Source of the DNA: a virus
DNA length: 64,000 nucleotides
Strand: one strand, 5' to 3'
Virus record (IMG/VR): IMGVR_UViG_3300044675_005311
Span: 8,653 to 72,652 of that record
A program made the translations under genes and the position numbers. Below, piece by piece: positions 29,400-38,916 of this stretch. Each line of letters opens with the position of its first letter. Position 1 is the stretch's first letter. Below the pieces are notes generated by a model that worked only from the letters and a program-made list of their open reading frames with translations, did no database searches and was not told the origin of the DNA.

Positions 29400-29624
29400 A
29401 TGAAATTTCTAGAACTACTAACCAAATACTCAACCCCCATTATAGCATTCTTAACATTGTTTTTGGGGTTTGCAATCCTATTCTCAATTATATTTTGGGA
29501 TTTCCCAAGTGACCAAAAAGACATCTATTATTCCATTAGTGGAGGCGTAGTGTCAATCATAATTATGATTGTGTCTTACTATTTTGGCGCAAGTAAAACC
29601 GACACCCCTAACACGGATAAATAA
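29400..29624 (+). CDS. Two-TM holin-like protein
   Basis: Two TMs; IVSYYFGAS motif. Confidence 0.6.
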   Translation: MKFLELLTKYSTPIIAFLTLFLGFAILFSIIFWDFPSDQKDIYYSISGGVVSIIIMIVSYYFGASKTDTPNTDK

Positions 29625-29625
29625 T

Positions 29626-29799
29626 ATGCCATACAAAGTAAAAGTTGGAAAGACCGATATGTTTGATGAAACATTCAAAACGGAAGGTGAAGCAAAGACC
29701 GCCAAGTATTATGCAATACTAGGGGCTAAGACAAACCGAAGTGCATTCAAGACTATGGATGCGAAAATTGTGAAAGTAGCAAAAACTAAAAAGAAATAA
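29626..29799 (+). CDS. Small basic protein
   Basis: ATG 29626 directly after upstream stop. Confidence 0.55.
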   Translation: MPYKVKVGKTDMFDETFKTEGEAKTAKYYAILGAKTNRSAFKTMDAKIVKVAKTKKK

Positions 29800-29800
29800 T

Positions 29801-29914
29801 ATGGAAACTAACGGAAAATTTAATTTGCCAATGGCATTACTCGGCGTTGCGTTGAGTTTAGGTGCAATCTACGTTACCTTTTATGTAGCGGGAAAAGCGT
29901 GGAAGAAGTCTTAA
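29801..29914 (+). CDS. 37-aa membrane peptide (not in ORF track)
   Basis: METNGKFNLPMALLGVALSLGAIYVTFYVAGKAWKKS*; fills the intergenic gap exactly. Confidence 0.65.
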   Translation: METNGKFNLPMALLGVALSLGAIYVTFYVAGKAWKKS

Positions 29915-30409
29915 ATGCACAAGATATTCCAAGACATATCGAACGCATCGGAAGGTAGATATTCCAATGGCTTACTCTATGCGGGTGCGGTAGGACTTAT
30001 ATTGTCCGATATTATACCGACCCCCGCCGACGCACTTTACTTTCATAGCGAAAAGCGATTGAGGGATAAGTGGAAAGCGGGAGAGATAACATCCAAGCAA
30101 TATTGGGAGAGAACATCAATGGCCTACTACTTATACAACCCTATTTGGTGGACGTTGGTACTAGGTGCGATGTACTACACTAAAGGCGATGTGAAGCAAA
30201 AAGCAAAAGTTGGTGTCGCTATAATTGGTGTTGGTGCGGTGATAGGAGTTATCTATCGGAACTACACACTAGACATCAAAGGAATCAAAAGAGAAATTAT
30301 CGCCGAAAACGAACCCAAGGTAAACTTTGAGGGTAACAAAAAACCCGTAAAGCCTAATCAATATCGTGGAGTTTTTCGTAGAGGCAACACAATCAAATTC
30401 GTAGCATAA
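29915..30409 (+). CDS. Multi-TM membrane protein
   Basis: Three hydrophobic segments; VNFEG motif. Confidence 0.7.
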   Translation: MHKIFQDISNASEGRYSNGLLYAGAVGLILSDIIPTPADALYFHSEKRLRDKWKAGEITSKQYWERTSMAYYLYNPIWWTLVLGAMYYTKGDVKQKAKVGVAIIGVGAVIGVIYRNYTLDIKGIKREIIAENEPKVNFEGNKKPVKPNQYRGVFRRGNTIKFVA

Positions 30410-30780
30410 TGGAAGCACAAGCACAAGCACAACCGACGGGTCAAGCACCCGCACAATCAAGCGGAATGGGAGAGGCGGTTAACGCATCCACTATCGCATC
30501 ACCTATGAATGTAGTTTCACCCGTACCAAACGCCAATGAAATGGCAAGTGGTGGAGAAACCGCGCCCGAAACAAACAATGATGCAAGTCACGATTTTGGC
30601 CAATGGGTAGCAATAGGCATTATTGGATTGACGATTGTTTCGTTGGTGATGAATATTTATTACAACCGAAAGGCTATGCTCAAGTTGGATAAAGATGATG
30701 CCGACGCAAGAAGGGACATCAACGAATTGAAGTTGAACCTCAAAAAGCAAATGGGCGACAAGTATGAGTCCTTGGCTTAA
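30409..30780 (+). CDS. Membrane protein with MASGG motif
   Basis: Low-complexity N-terminus, EMASGG, TM, coiled coil. Confidence 0.7.
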   Translation: MEAQAQAQPTGQAPAQSSGMGEAVNASTIASPMNVVSPVPNANEMASGGETAPETNNDASHDFGQWVAIGIIGLTIVSLVMNIYYNRKAMLKLDKDDADARRDINELKLNLKKQMGDKYESLA

Positions 30781-31411
30781 TAACGTAACTTACGGAAACC
30801 CCGTCGATGAAATTTTGCCGTACCTTAAAGCGGGTGCTTACGAATCCGTATACGAGCAACTCAAAGACAATCCATTTCCACCCAACGATAGCGAAGCCAC
30901 GCAAGATGAATTGCGGGAGTTAATTGCTTATCAAAATTTACCCGAACAAAAAGATGAAAAAATCATTTCACGTTATATGGGGTATAACCAAGATTTAGTC
31001 ACAATTTTCAAAAAATATGTGACGGACAAGATTGGTGAAAACCTAGATAGCGAAATAGATGGATTGATTGAAGATTCAAAGTTTTTATTAATGAAGTTGA
31101 AGTTCTTTTACCAAAGACCTCGCCCATATCAAGTGGCTCAATATTACAAGGCGAAGTTGTTTCCGTTTAAGAGTGGAAGCGCGATTAGTCCGTCTTATCC
31201 AAGTGGACATTCTTTTCAAGCGCGATTACTCACGGAATTAATTGGTAACAAGTACCCCGAACATTATGAGTTCCTTAAAAGTTTGACACACGATATTTCA
31301 ATGAGTAGAATGTTTTTAGGATTACACTTTGCAAGCGATATTGATTTTGCGGTGTATTGCGCGAAAGCGGTTGCTCAATCGAAAGAATTTACGAGCAAAT
31401 ATGGAATATGA
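30764..31411 (+). CDS. PAP2/acid phosphatase-haloperoxidase family protein
   Basis: KFFYQRPRP, PSYPSGH, SRMFLGLHFASD. Confidence 0.85.
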   Translation: MSPWLNNVTYGNPVDEILPYLKAGAYESVYEQLKDNPFPPNDSEATQDELRELIAYQNLPEQKDEKIISRYMGYNQDLVTIFKKYVTDKIGENLDSEIDGLIEDSKFLLMKLKFFYQRPRPYQVAQYYKAKLFPFKSGSAISPSYPSGHSFQARLLTELIGNKYPEHYEFLKSLTHDISMSRMFLGLHFASDIDFAVYCAKAVAQSKEFTSKYGI

Positions 31412-31799
31412 ATTTGGAGTGACCCCAATGGGGAAACCTAGAATGACCCAACGGGATAAGTGGCTTAATCCACCTAGAGTTCCCATTACCAAGTATCGTT
31501 TAGTGAAGCAAGGAATCGAGGCTTATGCTTTGATGCACAAATTTGTTTTGAAAGACGAAGTAAATGTTATATTTGTAATGCCAATGCCGAGTTCTTGGTC
31601 AAACAAAAAGCGTTTGACGATGAATGGAAAGCCACATCAAGTAAAACCCGACATAGACAATATGTTAAAAGCGGTGTTTGACGTGTTGTGTCCGCAAGGC
31701 GACCAATCGATTCACTCCGTAGTGGCAAAAAAAATATGGGGCGAAGAGGGAAAAATAATTTTTATTGACGATGACAACGAGCAAAAATCGGGAGATTGA
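31401..31799 (+). CDS. rusA: RusA-family Holliday junction resolvase
   Basis: PMGKPRMTQRDKW, KPDIDNMLKAVFD, KKIWG. Confidence 0.8.
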   Translation: MEYEFGVTPMGKPRMTQRDKWLNPPRVPITKYRLVKQGIEAYALMHKFVLKDEVNVIFVMPMPSSWSNKKRLTMNGKPHQVKPDIDNMLKAVFDVLCPQGDQSIHSVVAKKIWGEEGKIIFIDDDNEQKSGD

Positions 31800-32220
31800 A
31801 AATCTATTTAGCGCAATTAGTGACACCCTTGCCGAAGTAGGCTTGGTTCAAACTATATCAATCCTTAAAAAAGGAAGCCAAGGAGTCTTATGGAAAAGTG
31901 ATTTAGCCGTGGCTGCGAAAGCCGTTTGCGAAGCCTACGACATACCGACCGAAGTACTTTTTGGTAAAAGCCGAAAATACCCTCGCAAGTATGCGTTCGC
32001 GTGTTGGGTTTACATATCCTACATTGACTTGAATTATGGGTTGTCGGATTTAAGTGCCTACACTCACGCTTCGATGTCTACCATATCTAAGGCGAAACAA
32101 CTCATTGAAGATTACCCGAACGAAACTACTTTTGACAAAAAGATTCACGAAAAACTTATGTTTAGTAGAACCAATTTGAACAAGCACCTAGAAAAAATTC
32201 CCGAAAATATTCAATCTTAA
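31771..32220 (+). CDS. HTH protein, DnaA C-terminal-like
   Basis: AVCEAYDIPTEVLFGKSR...LSDLSAYTHASMSTISKA. Confidence 0.55.
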   Translation: MTTSKNREIENLFSAISDTLAEVGLVQTISILKKGSQGVLWKSDLAVAAKAVCEAYDIPTEVLFGKSRKYPRKYAFACWVYISYIDLNYGLSDLSAYTHASMSTISKAKQLIEDYPNETTFDKKIHEKLMFSRTNLNKHLEKIPENIQS

Positions 32221-32231
32221 AAAATACATAT

Positions 32232-33242
32232 ATGGACAATACAATATCCTTTGACAACCAACCCGCGTTGGATGCGGACTACAATCCGTTACAAGAGAAT
32301 GTAAAGCAAAGACCTTACACAAGACCTAATGTAGAAGTTACCGATGCTACACCAATAGCCGAACCCGTGTTCACACCCCCATCGTTTGATGAATTACAAA
32401 ATGGGTTTGAGGCGGATATGAATGGTAGTGGTGCAAAGACGGACGATAGGACGGCTTGGGGTTTGAACGATGATGATGTTTCAAGCGCGAACCCGTATGT
32501 AGAGAATTTGGATAAGAAAGACCAACGCGCAGCCTCCGCTGCGTTAACCGATGCCGTGCTTGATGGCTACTCGCAACTAAACGGATTCGGAAACAAGTTG
32601 GTTCAATTCGACCCCGCTAAGTTTGAAGAAATGATGCGTAAAGGGGAAATTGACCCCAACATCGCGTTGCCCGTTAATGGCCAAGAAATAGGGATTCTTG
32701 ATTACATCAATGAGTACAATTCGCAAACGGCGGAAGTAATTAGCGTTTCCCAAGAATTTAAGGACAAAGTTCGTCCCGTAATGATTCGGGTAATGATGAA
32801 GCGCGGTATCGGTATGACCGATGAGCAATTACTCGCTTACTATTTCGGTGTCGATATGTTAACCAAGGGTGCTATGATTTACGGATTGCGTAAACAAAAC
32901 GCCTCGTTGATTGAAACACTTAAAGAAATGAGTAGCGGTTATACCCGACCAAGTACTCCCCCGCCCGCGCGTGAAAGTCAACCCACCCAACCTACATACG
33001 AAGAACCCGCGCCACAACCCCGTCAAGAAGCGAAGTCCGAGCGTCAATATGTAGAACCCGAAGAGGTGCAAGTGATTAAAGAAGAACCCGTACAAGATGC
33101 GGTAGTCGTTGATGAGTCAATTAGAAAAGCCCGTCAAAGACGACCCGCGCCACAATTCGGCGATACCGCTATTTTGTCGCAAATGGAAGATATTGCAAGT
33201 GGTAAAGTCAAAGGCGCACGAGGACGGAGGAAGAAAGAATGA
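32232..33242 (+). CDS. Hypothetical protein coupled to packaging ATPase
   Basis: ATGA overlap with ATPase; acidic N-terminus, Pro-rich C-terminus. Confidence 0.7.
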   Translation: MDNTISFDNQPALDADYNPLQENVKQRPYTRPNVEVTDATPIAEPVFTPPSFDELQNGFEADMNGSGAKTDDRTAWGLNDDDVSSANPYVENLDKKDQRAASAALTDAVLDGYSQLNGFGNKLVQFDPAKFEEMMRKGEIDPNIALPVNGQEIGILDYINEYNSQTAEVISVSQEFKDKVRPVMIRVMMKRGIGMTDEQLLAYYFGVDMLTKGAMIYGLRKQNASLIETLKEMSSGYTRPSTPPPARESQPTQPTYEEPAPQPRQEAKSERQYVEPEEVQVIKEEPVQDAVVVDESIRKARQRRPAPQFGDTAILSQMEDIASGKVKGARGRRKKE

Positions 33243-34051
33243 GAGAACCGCTATTAGGGGTTGCGGTTGGCCGTAAGGGCGTGGGCAAGTCTTGGACTAC
33301 CGACAAACTTATTGCCAATTATGTGTCGGGAAACCCCGCTAGTGGTATCTTAGGGCGTAAAGCGTTAATACTAGATGTTAACGATGAATATACCCACATT
33401 AAGGGTATAGCAATTAAAGACTTGATTCGTTTTTCCGTACACCCAATGGTGGAGGCTAGAAGGGTGCGACCTTTTCATCCTAACGGAAAAAAGATGACTT
33501 TGGATGACCTCGCCACTACGTTAAATATAATTCTAGACACATTTAGTGGTGGGTTGTTATTGATTGAAGATATTAACCGATTTGTAAGCGATATGATGCC
33601 TCAAGATTTAATGGGTGCTATCGCAACAAACCGACATAGGGATTTGGACATTATTCTCCACTATCAAGGTATTGGTCGTATAGGGCCGAAGGTGTGGCAA
33701 AACATCAATTGGTTGCGTTTCCATAAAATTACGGAAAGTTCCAAAAGACACCAACGTAAATATGAAGACAAATATGAGTTAATTCGTATTACCGAAATAA
33801 TGGTCGACACTCAATATTTTGGTGGCAATGAAAGATTCTACCAATATGTAGATTGTGAGAATATGAAGTTGCAAGGAAAGGTGGATGATAAAATGTTTAG
33901 CGACGCTTGTAAAGCGTATTTGAATGAGAATTATCGACGAACTATTACTCCAATGTTACAATTACGCGGTGTTGGTGGTAAAAAGCAATATACACACGAT
34001 TCCGCAATCACTCACGAGTTGGGTAGATTGAAGAAAATGTACTTAAAATAA
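33239..34051 (+). CDS. A32/P9-like FtsK-HerA genome packaging ATPase
   Basis: Walker A GRKGVGKS near the N-terminus, ILDVNDEY, Walker B LLLIED, NRHRDLDIILHYQ; 270 aa. Confidence 0.75.
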   Translation: MREPLLGVAVGRKGVGKSWTTDKLIANYVSGNPASGILGRKALILDVNDEYTHIKGIAIKDLIRFSVHPMVEARRVRPFHPNGKKMTLDDLATTLNIILDTFSGGLLLIEDINRFVSDMMPQDLMGAIATNRHRDLDIILHYQGIGRIGPKVWQNINWLRFHKITESSKRHQRKYEDKYELIRITEIMVDTQYFGGNERFYQYVDCENMKLQGKVDDKMFSDACKAYLNENYRRTITPMLQLRGVGGKKQYTHDSAITHELGRLKKMYLK

Positions 34052-34164
34052 AAGTACTTACACCCTATATTCTCATAGGGATAACTATGTTAAGTGAAAT
34101 TAAATTACATAGTTTCATTTTCGTTTATTGATTTCCGATACCATTACTACTAATTTATAGTAAA

Positions 34165-34172
34165 TAAATTTG
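34165..34172 (+). promoter_or_regulatory. -7 element TAAATTTG driving capsid operon
   Basis: TAnnTTTG upstream of 34227 and 34387. Confidence 0.65.
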
Positions 34173-34226
34173 CTATCGACTTGCGAATGGTCTGTGCTAT
34201 TTAATGCAAGGAAAAAGAACAATAAA

Positions 34227-34349
34227 ATGAAAACCGAATTAATCAAAGGAATTTTGTACGGAGTTACAATTACTATCGTGGGTGTGTTAGTCGCCAATCA
34301 AATTCAAAAGGCAATCGACAAAGCCCGTGTATCTACACCAAATCCATAA
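34227..34349 (+). CDS. 40-aa membrane protein preceding capsid gene (not in ORF track)
   Basis: MKTELIKGILYGVTITIVGVLVANQIQKAIDK...*. Confidence 0.7.
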   Translation: MKTELIKGILYGVTITIVGVLVANQIQKAIDKARVSTPNP

Positions 34350-34386
34350 TTTTCACAAACACAACTAAAAACTAAAAAATAAAACT

Positions 34387-35088
34387 ATGAGTATTCGCAA
34401 GTATCTCGCAGACGCACAAAGAAGTGCGCACGAGGGTTTCGTAAATGCCGACGGGTTCTTTGACGATGATTTGTCATTCACCGCAGGCGAAGATTTTATG
34501 TCCGCTAATGGCGGTGATGGGGCAATGAGTCCTATGGCCCCAACTTCTCAACCTTACATCATCACTGTAACCAACACGGGTTCGGCGGTAAGTAACTTTG
34601 ACATCCTTGGTTCTTATGAGTATATCAACTCGGCTAACTTTAACTCAAGTGGTAATTACGTAACGGGTGCTTTGACGATTTCGTCTTCTATCCCTAACGT
34701 AACTTACCAACAAGCGTTAAACCAATTTATGATTCAACCTTTTAGCGTAGGTTTGACTTATATTCAGTCTTCTTCACAGACTCAATTGTTGCAAACTTTA
34801 AGCGTTCAAACTAAAGACGCGAATGGTAATTTGGCTCAAAAGCCCCTCATCCCAACAATCGATCCGTACCAGCAACAGACGGGCGTTTTAGCGATGCGGT
34901 ATGGGTATAGAATTGATGGTTACACAAAAATTATCATCAACTCTATCTTGGCTTCTACCACTGTTAACTTCTACTTGTACCCAAGTGATAACATCAACTT
35001 GAGTCGTGGATTAGCGGGTAAGGCGGTATCTCGTGACTTCGCTTCCCCTGGAATCGTGCGTTCACAGCCCGTTAAATTGGTAGGTTAA
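34387..35088 (+). CDS. Putative major capsid protein (single jelly-roll-like) with acidic N-terminal propeptide
   Basis: Next to packaging ATPase; own promoter and strong terminator; high-expression codons; beta-strand rich; paralogs at 50231 and 54678. Confidence 0.6.
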   Translation: MSIRKYLADAQRSAHEGFVNADGFFDDDLSFTAGEDFMSANGGDGAMSPMAPTSQPYIITVTNTGSAVSNFDILGSYEYINSANFNSSGNYVTGALTISSSIPNVTYQQALNQFMIQPFSVGLTYIQSSSQTQLLQTLSVQTKDANGNLAQKPLIPTIDPYQQQTGVLAMRYGYRIDGYTKIIINSILASTTVNFYLYPSDNINLSRGLAGKAVSRDFASPGIVRSQPVKLVG

Positions 35089-35108
35089 TCCAACCAACTT
35101 TTAAATCC

Positions 35109-35144
35109 AAAAAAGGGTGGGTGTATTTCGCCCACCCTTTTTTT
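35109..35144 (+). terminator. Intrinsic terminator
   Basis: AAAAAAGGGTGGG-N9-CCCACCCTTTTTTT. Confidence 0.85.
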
Positions 35145-35166
35145 ATTAAAACCGAAAAAAGAAACA

Positions 35167-35565
35167 ATGAATTTTTACGAATATATCGCAAAGACCAACC
35201 CTAGCGGGTCTAAAAAGGTCATCAACGAGTTCGGCTATCGTGTCGTAGATGGTAGACGAATGGGCGAAAATCTTCGTATGTTGGTAGCACAAGAAGGCGA
35301 ACCCGCATTACGAGCAATTGCCGAAATGCACCCCGATAAAGAATTACTACTAGAAGTATTCGCACCCAAGGATGGGGAATGCGGATGCAAAAAGAAAGGT
35401 GAGTCGTTTATGGGCGCGGATGGAGTTCTTTCAAGTGCCGTTTTGAGTAACAATCAACAGCAACAAGTGCAAAGCGATAGTACGAAACTCGCTATGCAAA
35501 CGAATGCAATGTTAATCGCGGCGACGATAATTATCGCCGCAGCAATAATCGTAAATAAGAAATGA
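35167..35565 (+). CDS. Virion membrane protein candidate
   Basis: FMGADG motif; C-terminal TM plus KK. Confidence 0.7.
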   Translation: MNFYEYIAKTNPSGSKKVINEFGYRVVDGRRMGENLRMLVAQEGEPALRAIAEMHPDKELLLEVFAPKDGECGCKKKGESFMGADGVLSSAVLSNNQQQQVQSDSTKLAMQTNAMLIAATIIIAAAIIVNKK

Positions 35566-36182
35566 CAAACAATATAGCACCGAATGATGTCTATGCAATT
35601 ACGGCATTGACTATTGATAGCCGTCCCAACGATGTGGTGGCTATTATTCGTAAACACGGGGTAATGTTACCAAACAACCCAAGCACTAAGCAAATTGAAA
35701 CCGCATTTGGTTCTTTATTGACAAAGAGTGAAGGATTCCGTAAAGACTTTGGGGTTTTGGCTTCGGAGGTTGCAAGTGAGGGGTATTCCAATCTTGTTGA
35801 TGATTTGCCATCGGGTAAGGGAATTGCGACTACGCCATCGAACCAATTGACATTAAATAATATCCCAACGAACATCACTTCTACGGGGCGTGCTTCTACC
35901 ACGGGTGATGAGGGACGTACAAGAGGGAGATTCGGTTCGTTTTTATCAAGCGTATTCACCGCCGACACAATTCAAAACTTGATTAACACGGGTTTGAATG
36001 TATGGTCGGTCAAGCAAACGGGTCAACCCGCTAACTTGGTGAGTGGCGACTTGAATACGGGTCGTGACCAATTGAACCAACCACCACCAACTAAAGGTAC
36101 GAGTACCACAACGATGGTATTAATCGGTGTGGGTGCGCTTGTATTAATTGGTGTTGCCGTTTACTTCTATAAAAAGAAATAA
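35562..36182 (+). CDS. Virion membrane protein candidate
   Basis: C-terminal TM VLIGVGALVLIGVAVYFYKKK. Confidence 0.7.
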   Translation: MTNNIAPNDVYAITALTIDSRPNDVVAIIRKHGVMLPNNPSTKQIETAFGSLLTKSEGFRKDFGVLASEVASEGYSNLVDDLPSGKGIATTPSNQLTLNNIPTNITSTGRASTTGDEGRTRGRFGSFLSSVFTADTIQNLINTGLNVWSVKQTGQPANLVSGDLNTGRDQLNQPPPTKGTSTTTMVLIGVGALVLIGVAVYFYKKK

Positions 36183-36565
36183 TGAGTCAGAGAGCGGGTC
36201 AAGGTGAGTTCGTAAATTCAATAGATATAATTGAAGCCTTGAAAAATAAAAATCCATCGCCACGCAATAGTATGAAAGCGCGGTTACTCAAAGATTTTGG
36301 AACTAAAGGAATGCTTGGTGGTTTTGGTGGTTCTAAAGGCGATATTATCGATGTCGATGTACTCGATGGGGGCAATAAAGTCTATACCTTTAACACAAGT
36401 ACGGGAAAAAAAGATTTGGCATTAACTATTGGTACGGATGTGGAATTGATTTTAGATGAACCTAAAAAAGAAATAGTGACCAAAGAACAAAAAGGCGGTG
36501 TGTTGTTTTATGGCGCACTTGCCGTATTGGGTTACATCGTATATAGAGTTTTAACAACAAAATAA
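36182..36565 (+). CDS. Membrane protein
   Basis: C-terminal TM; TAATG coupling. Confidence 0.7.
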   Translation: MSQRAGQGEFVNSIDIIEALKNKNPSPRNSMKARLLKDFGTKGMLGGFGGSKGDIIDVDVLDGGNKVYTFNTSTGKKDLALTIGTDVELILDEPKKEIVTKEQKGGVLFYGALAVLGYIVYRVLTTK

Positions 36566-36789
36566 TGAGCGAGTTCCAAGATGCACTAGACAATGTCAAG
36601 ACTTTAAAAAGTCAAGACACGCACGACACTTTCATCCAAAAGAGTAGGTCTACTATTAAAGGTAGCGCGGTTGGATTGATAGTGGGTTTAATGTATGGTT
36701 GGTATGCAAAAAAGAACCTTTATGTAAGTGGCATTTTGGGTGCTATTGGTGGGGGTGCGGTAAACTATTTTATATTTCAAAGAAATTGA
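36565..36789 (+). CDS. Gly-zipper two-TM membrane protein
   Basis: GSAVGLIVGLMYG; GILGAIGGG. Confidence 0.7.
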   Translation: MSEFQDALDNVKTLKSQDTHDTFIQKSRSTIKGSAVGLIVGLMYGWYAKKNLYVSGILGAIGGGAVNYFIFQRN

Positions 36790-36790
36790 T

Positions 36791-37009
36791 ATGACTATTA
36801 AAAAAGAGTATATGATTGGCGGATTAGTATTGGTGGGTATCGCCATATACTTAATTTCCCAAAAGGATGGTGTGCTATCAAGCGCAACTATTAACGGCGA
36901 TACATCGTTTAGCGATTTTTCGGGTGAAGATGATTCATACGCGGATATGGCGGATGCGAATGTATTTCCAACAACAAGAACATTGAACTTAAACAATCTA
37001 ACAAAATAA
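36791..37009 (+). CDS. N-terminal TM protein
   Basis: TM then FSDFSG. Confidence 0.65.
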   Translation: MTIKKEYMIGGLVLVGIAIYLISQKDGVLSSATINGDTSFSDFSGEDDSYADMADANVFPTTRTLNLNNLTK

Positions 37010-37013
37010 AACT

Positions 37014-37103
37014 ATGAACAAAACCACTAAAACTGTATTGACCCTTGCCGTTGTTGCGGGTGTACTTTACTTCGTTTTCAAGAAGCCGAAAACCGACGCT
37101 TAA
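37014..37103 (+). CDS. 29-aa membrane peptide (not in ORF track)
   Basis: MNKTTKTVLTLAVVAGVLYFVFKKPKTDA*. Confidence 0.6.
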   Translation: MNKTTKTVLTLAVVAGVLYFVFKKPKTDA

Positions 37104-37179
37104 TTGAACGAAAAGCCGTGAATTAGGGTGGGTTTCGACCCATCCTAATTTTTCATTAAAAAACACTAATTTTGAAAAG

Positions 37180-37638
37180 ATGACAAATAATAATTTATTG
37201 ATGTATGGTGCGGTTGCCGTTGGTGCAATCTACTTGTATAATCGCTATACTAAAAAAGAAAAACCACTAGGTGAAGAGCCACAAGGCGGTGGCGGTGGTG
37301 GTGGCGGAGGATTTTTCCCTCCTATGCCTCCAACTCCAAACCCTAATTTAGTCATTCAAGATATACCACGTGGCGGTATTGTGACACCAACTACTCCAAC
37401 GAATCCCGTTGTTTTATCGGGTTTGGGTGGTGCAAAGCCCGTTGTAACGGCTAGTACTTCATCCACGGGTGTAGGTGCTACTACGAATGCACCCTCTAAC
37501 ACGGGTATCACGGGTATTGGTACTCCTACATCAAGTACAACTACGCAAGGTGGAAATATATTCAAGCCTTTTGATGGTTACAATTTCAATGGTGGTTTGA
37601 GTTTAGACCAAATCCGTCGTTCTTGGAATCGTCCTTAA
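37180..37638 (+). CDS. N-terminal TM, Gly/Pro/Thr-rich protein
   Basis: TM, poly-G, T/P-rich stalk; promoter TAATTTTG at 37167-37174. Confidence 0.7.
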   Translation: MTNNNLLMYGAVAVGAIYLYNRYTKKEKPLGEEPQGGGGGGGGGFFPPMPPTPNPNLVIQDIPRGGIVTPTTPTNPVVLSGLGGAKPVVTASTSSTGVGATTNAPSNTGITGIGTPTSSTTTQGGNIFKPFDGYNFNGGLSLDQIRRSWNRP

Positions 37639-37642
37639 TAAA

Positions 37643-37927
37643 ATGAGTATGGTAAGTGCAAATCGTCTATGGAAACAAAGTGGCTCTAATTTGCCATTTA
37701 AAGATTGGTTGGAACGCGAAAAAGCCAAGGGAGAGTTTATTCCTAACATCCAAGCGCAAGAAGAATACAACAACGCGGATGGTGACAACACCACCAACGG
37801 GGATTCTAGCGACTTCTTTAAGGACAAACTACAAACGGGTAGCATTTTCGGTAAGAACCTATTAATCATTGGCGCATTAGCAATTGGCGTTTATTTTATT
37901 TACAAGACATACAAAAAAAATGCTTAA
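37643..37927 (+). CDS. Membrane protein
   Basis: YNNADG motif; C-terminal TM. Confidence 0.7.
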   Translation: MSMVSANRLWKQSGSNLPFKDWLEREKAKGEFIPNIQAQEEYNNADGDNTTNGDSSDFFKDKLQTGSIFGKNLLIIGALAIGVYFIYKTYKKNA

Positions 37928-38129
37928 AAAGAAGGACATAGTGACCCTATTAGCCGTAACGGCCGTTTTGATAGTTATCTATTCAAATAGGGGAACTTTG
38001 AACCCTAGTAAAGCACCCTTGGATGCCGATAAAGGAACGGACGATGCAATTACCCGCGCATTGAACAAATTAAAAGTTGGTGGTGTGGATGTTAAAGAAA
38101 CACCCGAAGAGGTAAAACAAGCCGTATGA
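37920..38129 (+). CDS. N-terminal TM protein
   Basis: MLKKKDIVTLLAVTAVLIVIY. Confidence 0.6.
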   Translation: MLKKKDIVTLLAVTAVLIVIYSNRGTLNPSKAPLDADKGTDDAITRALNKLKVGGVDVKETPEEVKQAV

Positions 38130-38914
38130 AATACAAAGTAACCACGGACTATGCCCCCCTCACACTTTTAGTGAAAATCACTACGCCAAAAGCGGAGAAG
38201 ATTCATTTGCGGGTATATGATGCCTCAAACCCCGAACGTAAATTTACCGAAAGGTGGAAAACCATTACGGGCGAAGAAACTTTTCATATTCGTATGCCAC
38301 TTACACCCGAAATTGCGGTTGTAGAGGCTTATAGCGATAGAATGGGGCAAGGTGTAAAGAAAGATGCGGAAACGTCTTTTAGCATAACCTCCGTGTCTAA
38401 AGCACCACTAGAGCGAAGGATTGACCTTGGCGATATTGGAAATGCACAAATAAGAAATTTCGTTGACTTTGCTCAAAAGTTTTGTTTCAATGCGGGTACA
38501 CTTGCAACGGACACAACGTATCAAAGTGACGATGGCAATTATTTTATCAACTACGTGAAAAACATCGTTGGTAACAATGGCCAAATATTAACCACCCCCG
38601 CCCGTATCGGACGGAAGAGTGGAATGATTCAAGTAGCAAAAACTTCGTTTGACAAATTCACTATCCCTATGCGGATGGCAATTTTATTACACGAGTTCTC
38701 GCATTTTTACTTGAACGAGAAAATTGATGATGAAATGGAAGCGGACTTGAACGGCTTATTGATTTACCTAGGACTTGGTTATCCAAGGATTGAGGCTTAT
38801 CAAGCGTTCCTAGAAACTTTCAAAGAGAAACCAACCCAACAAAACAAAGCGCGTTACGACTTGATTAACAAGTTTATAAACGACTTTGAAAAAATGAACA
38901 TCGTAATACAATAA
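38126..38914 (+). CDS. Zn metallopeptidase (HExxH)
   Basis: AILLHEFSH...EMEAD (M48/M78-like). Confidence 0.75.
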   Translation: MKYKVTTDYAPLTLLVKITTPKAEKIHLRVYDASNPERKFTERWKTITGEETFHIRMPLTPEIAVVEAYSDRMGQGVKKDAETSFSITSVSKAPLERRIDLGDIGNAQIRNFVDFAQKFCFNAGTLATDTTYQSDDGNYFINYVKNIVGNNGQILTTPARIGRKSGMIQVAKTSFDKFTIPMRMAILLHEFSHFYLNEKIDDEMEADLNGLLIYLGLGYPRIEAYQAFLETFKEKPTQQNKARYDLINKFINDFEKMNIVIQ

Positions 38915-38916
38915 CA

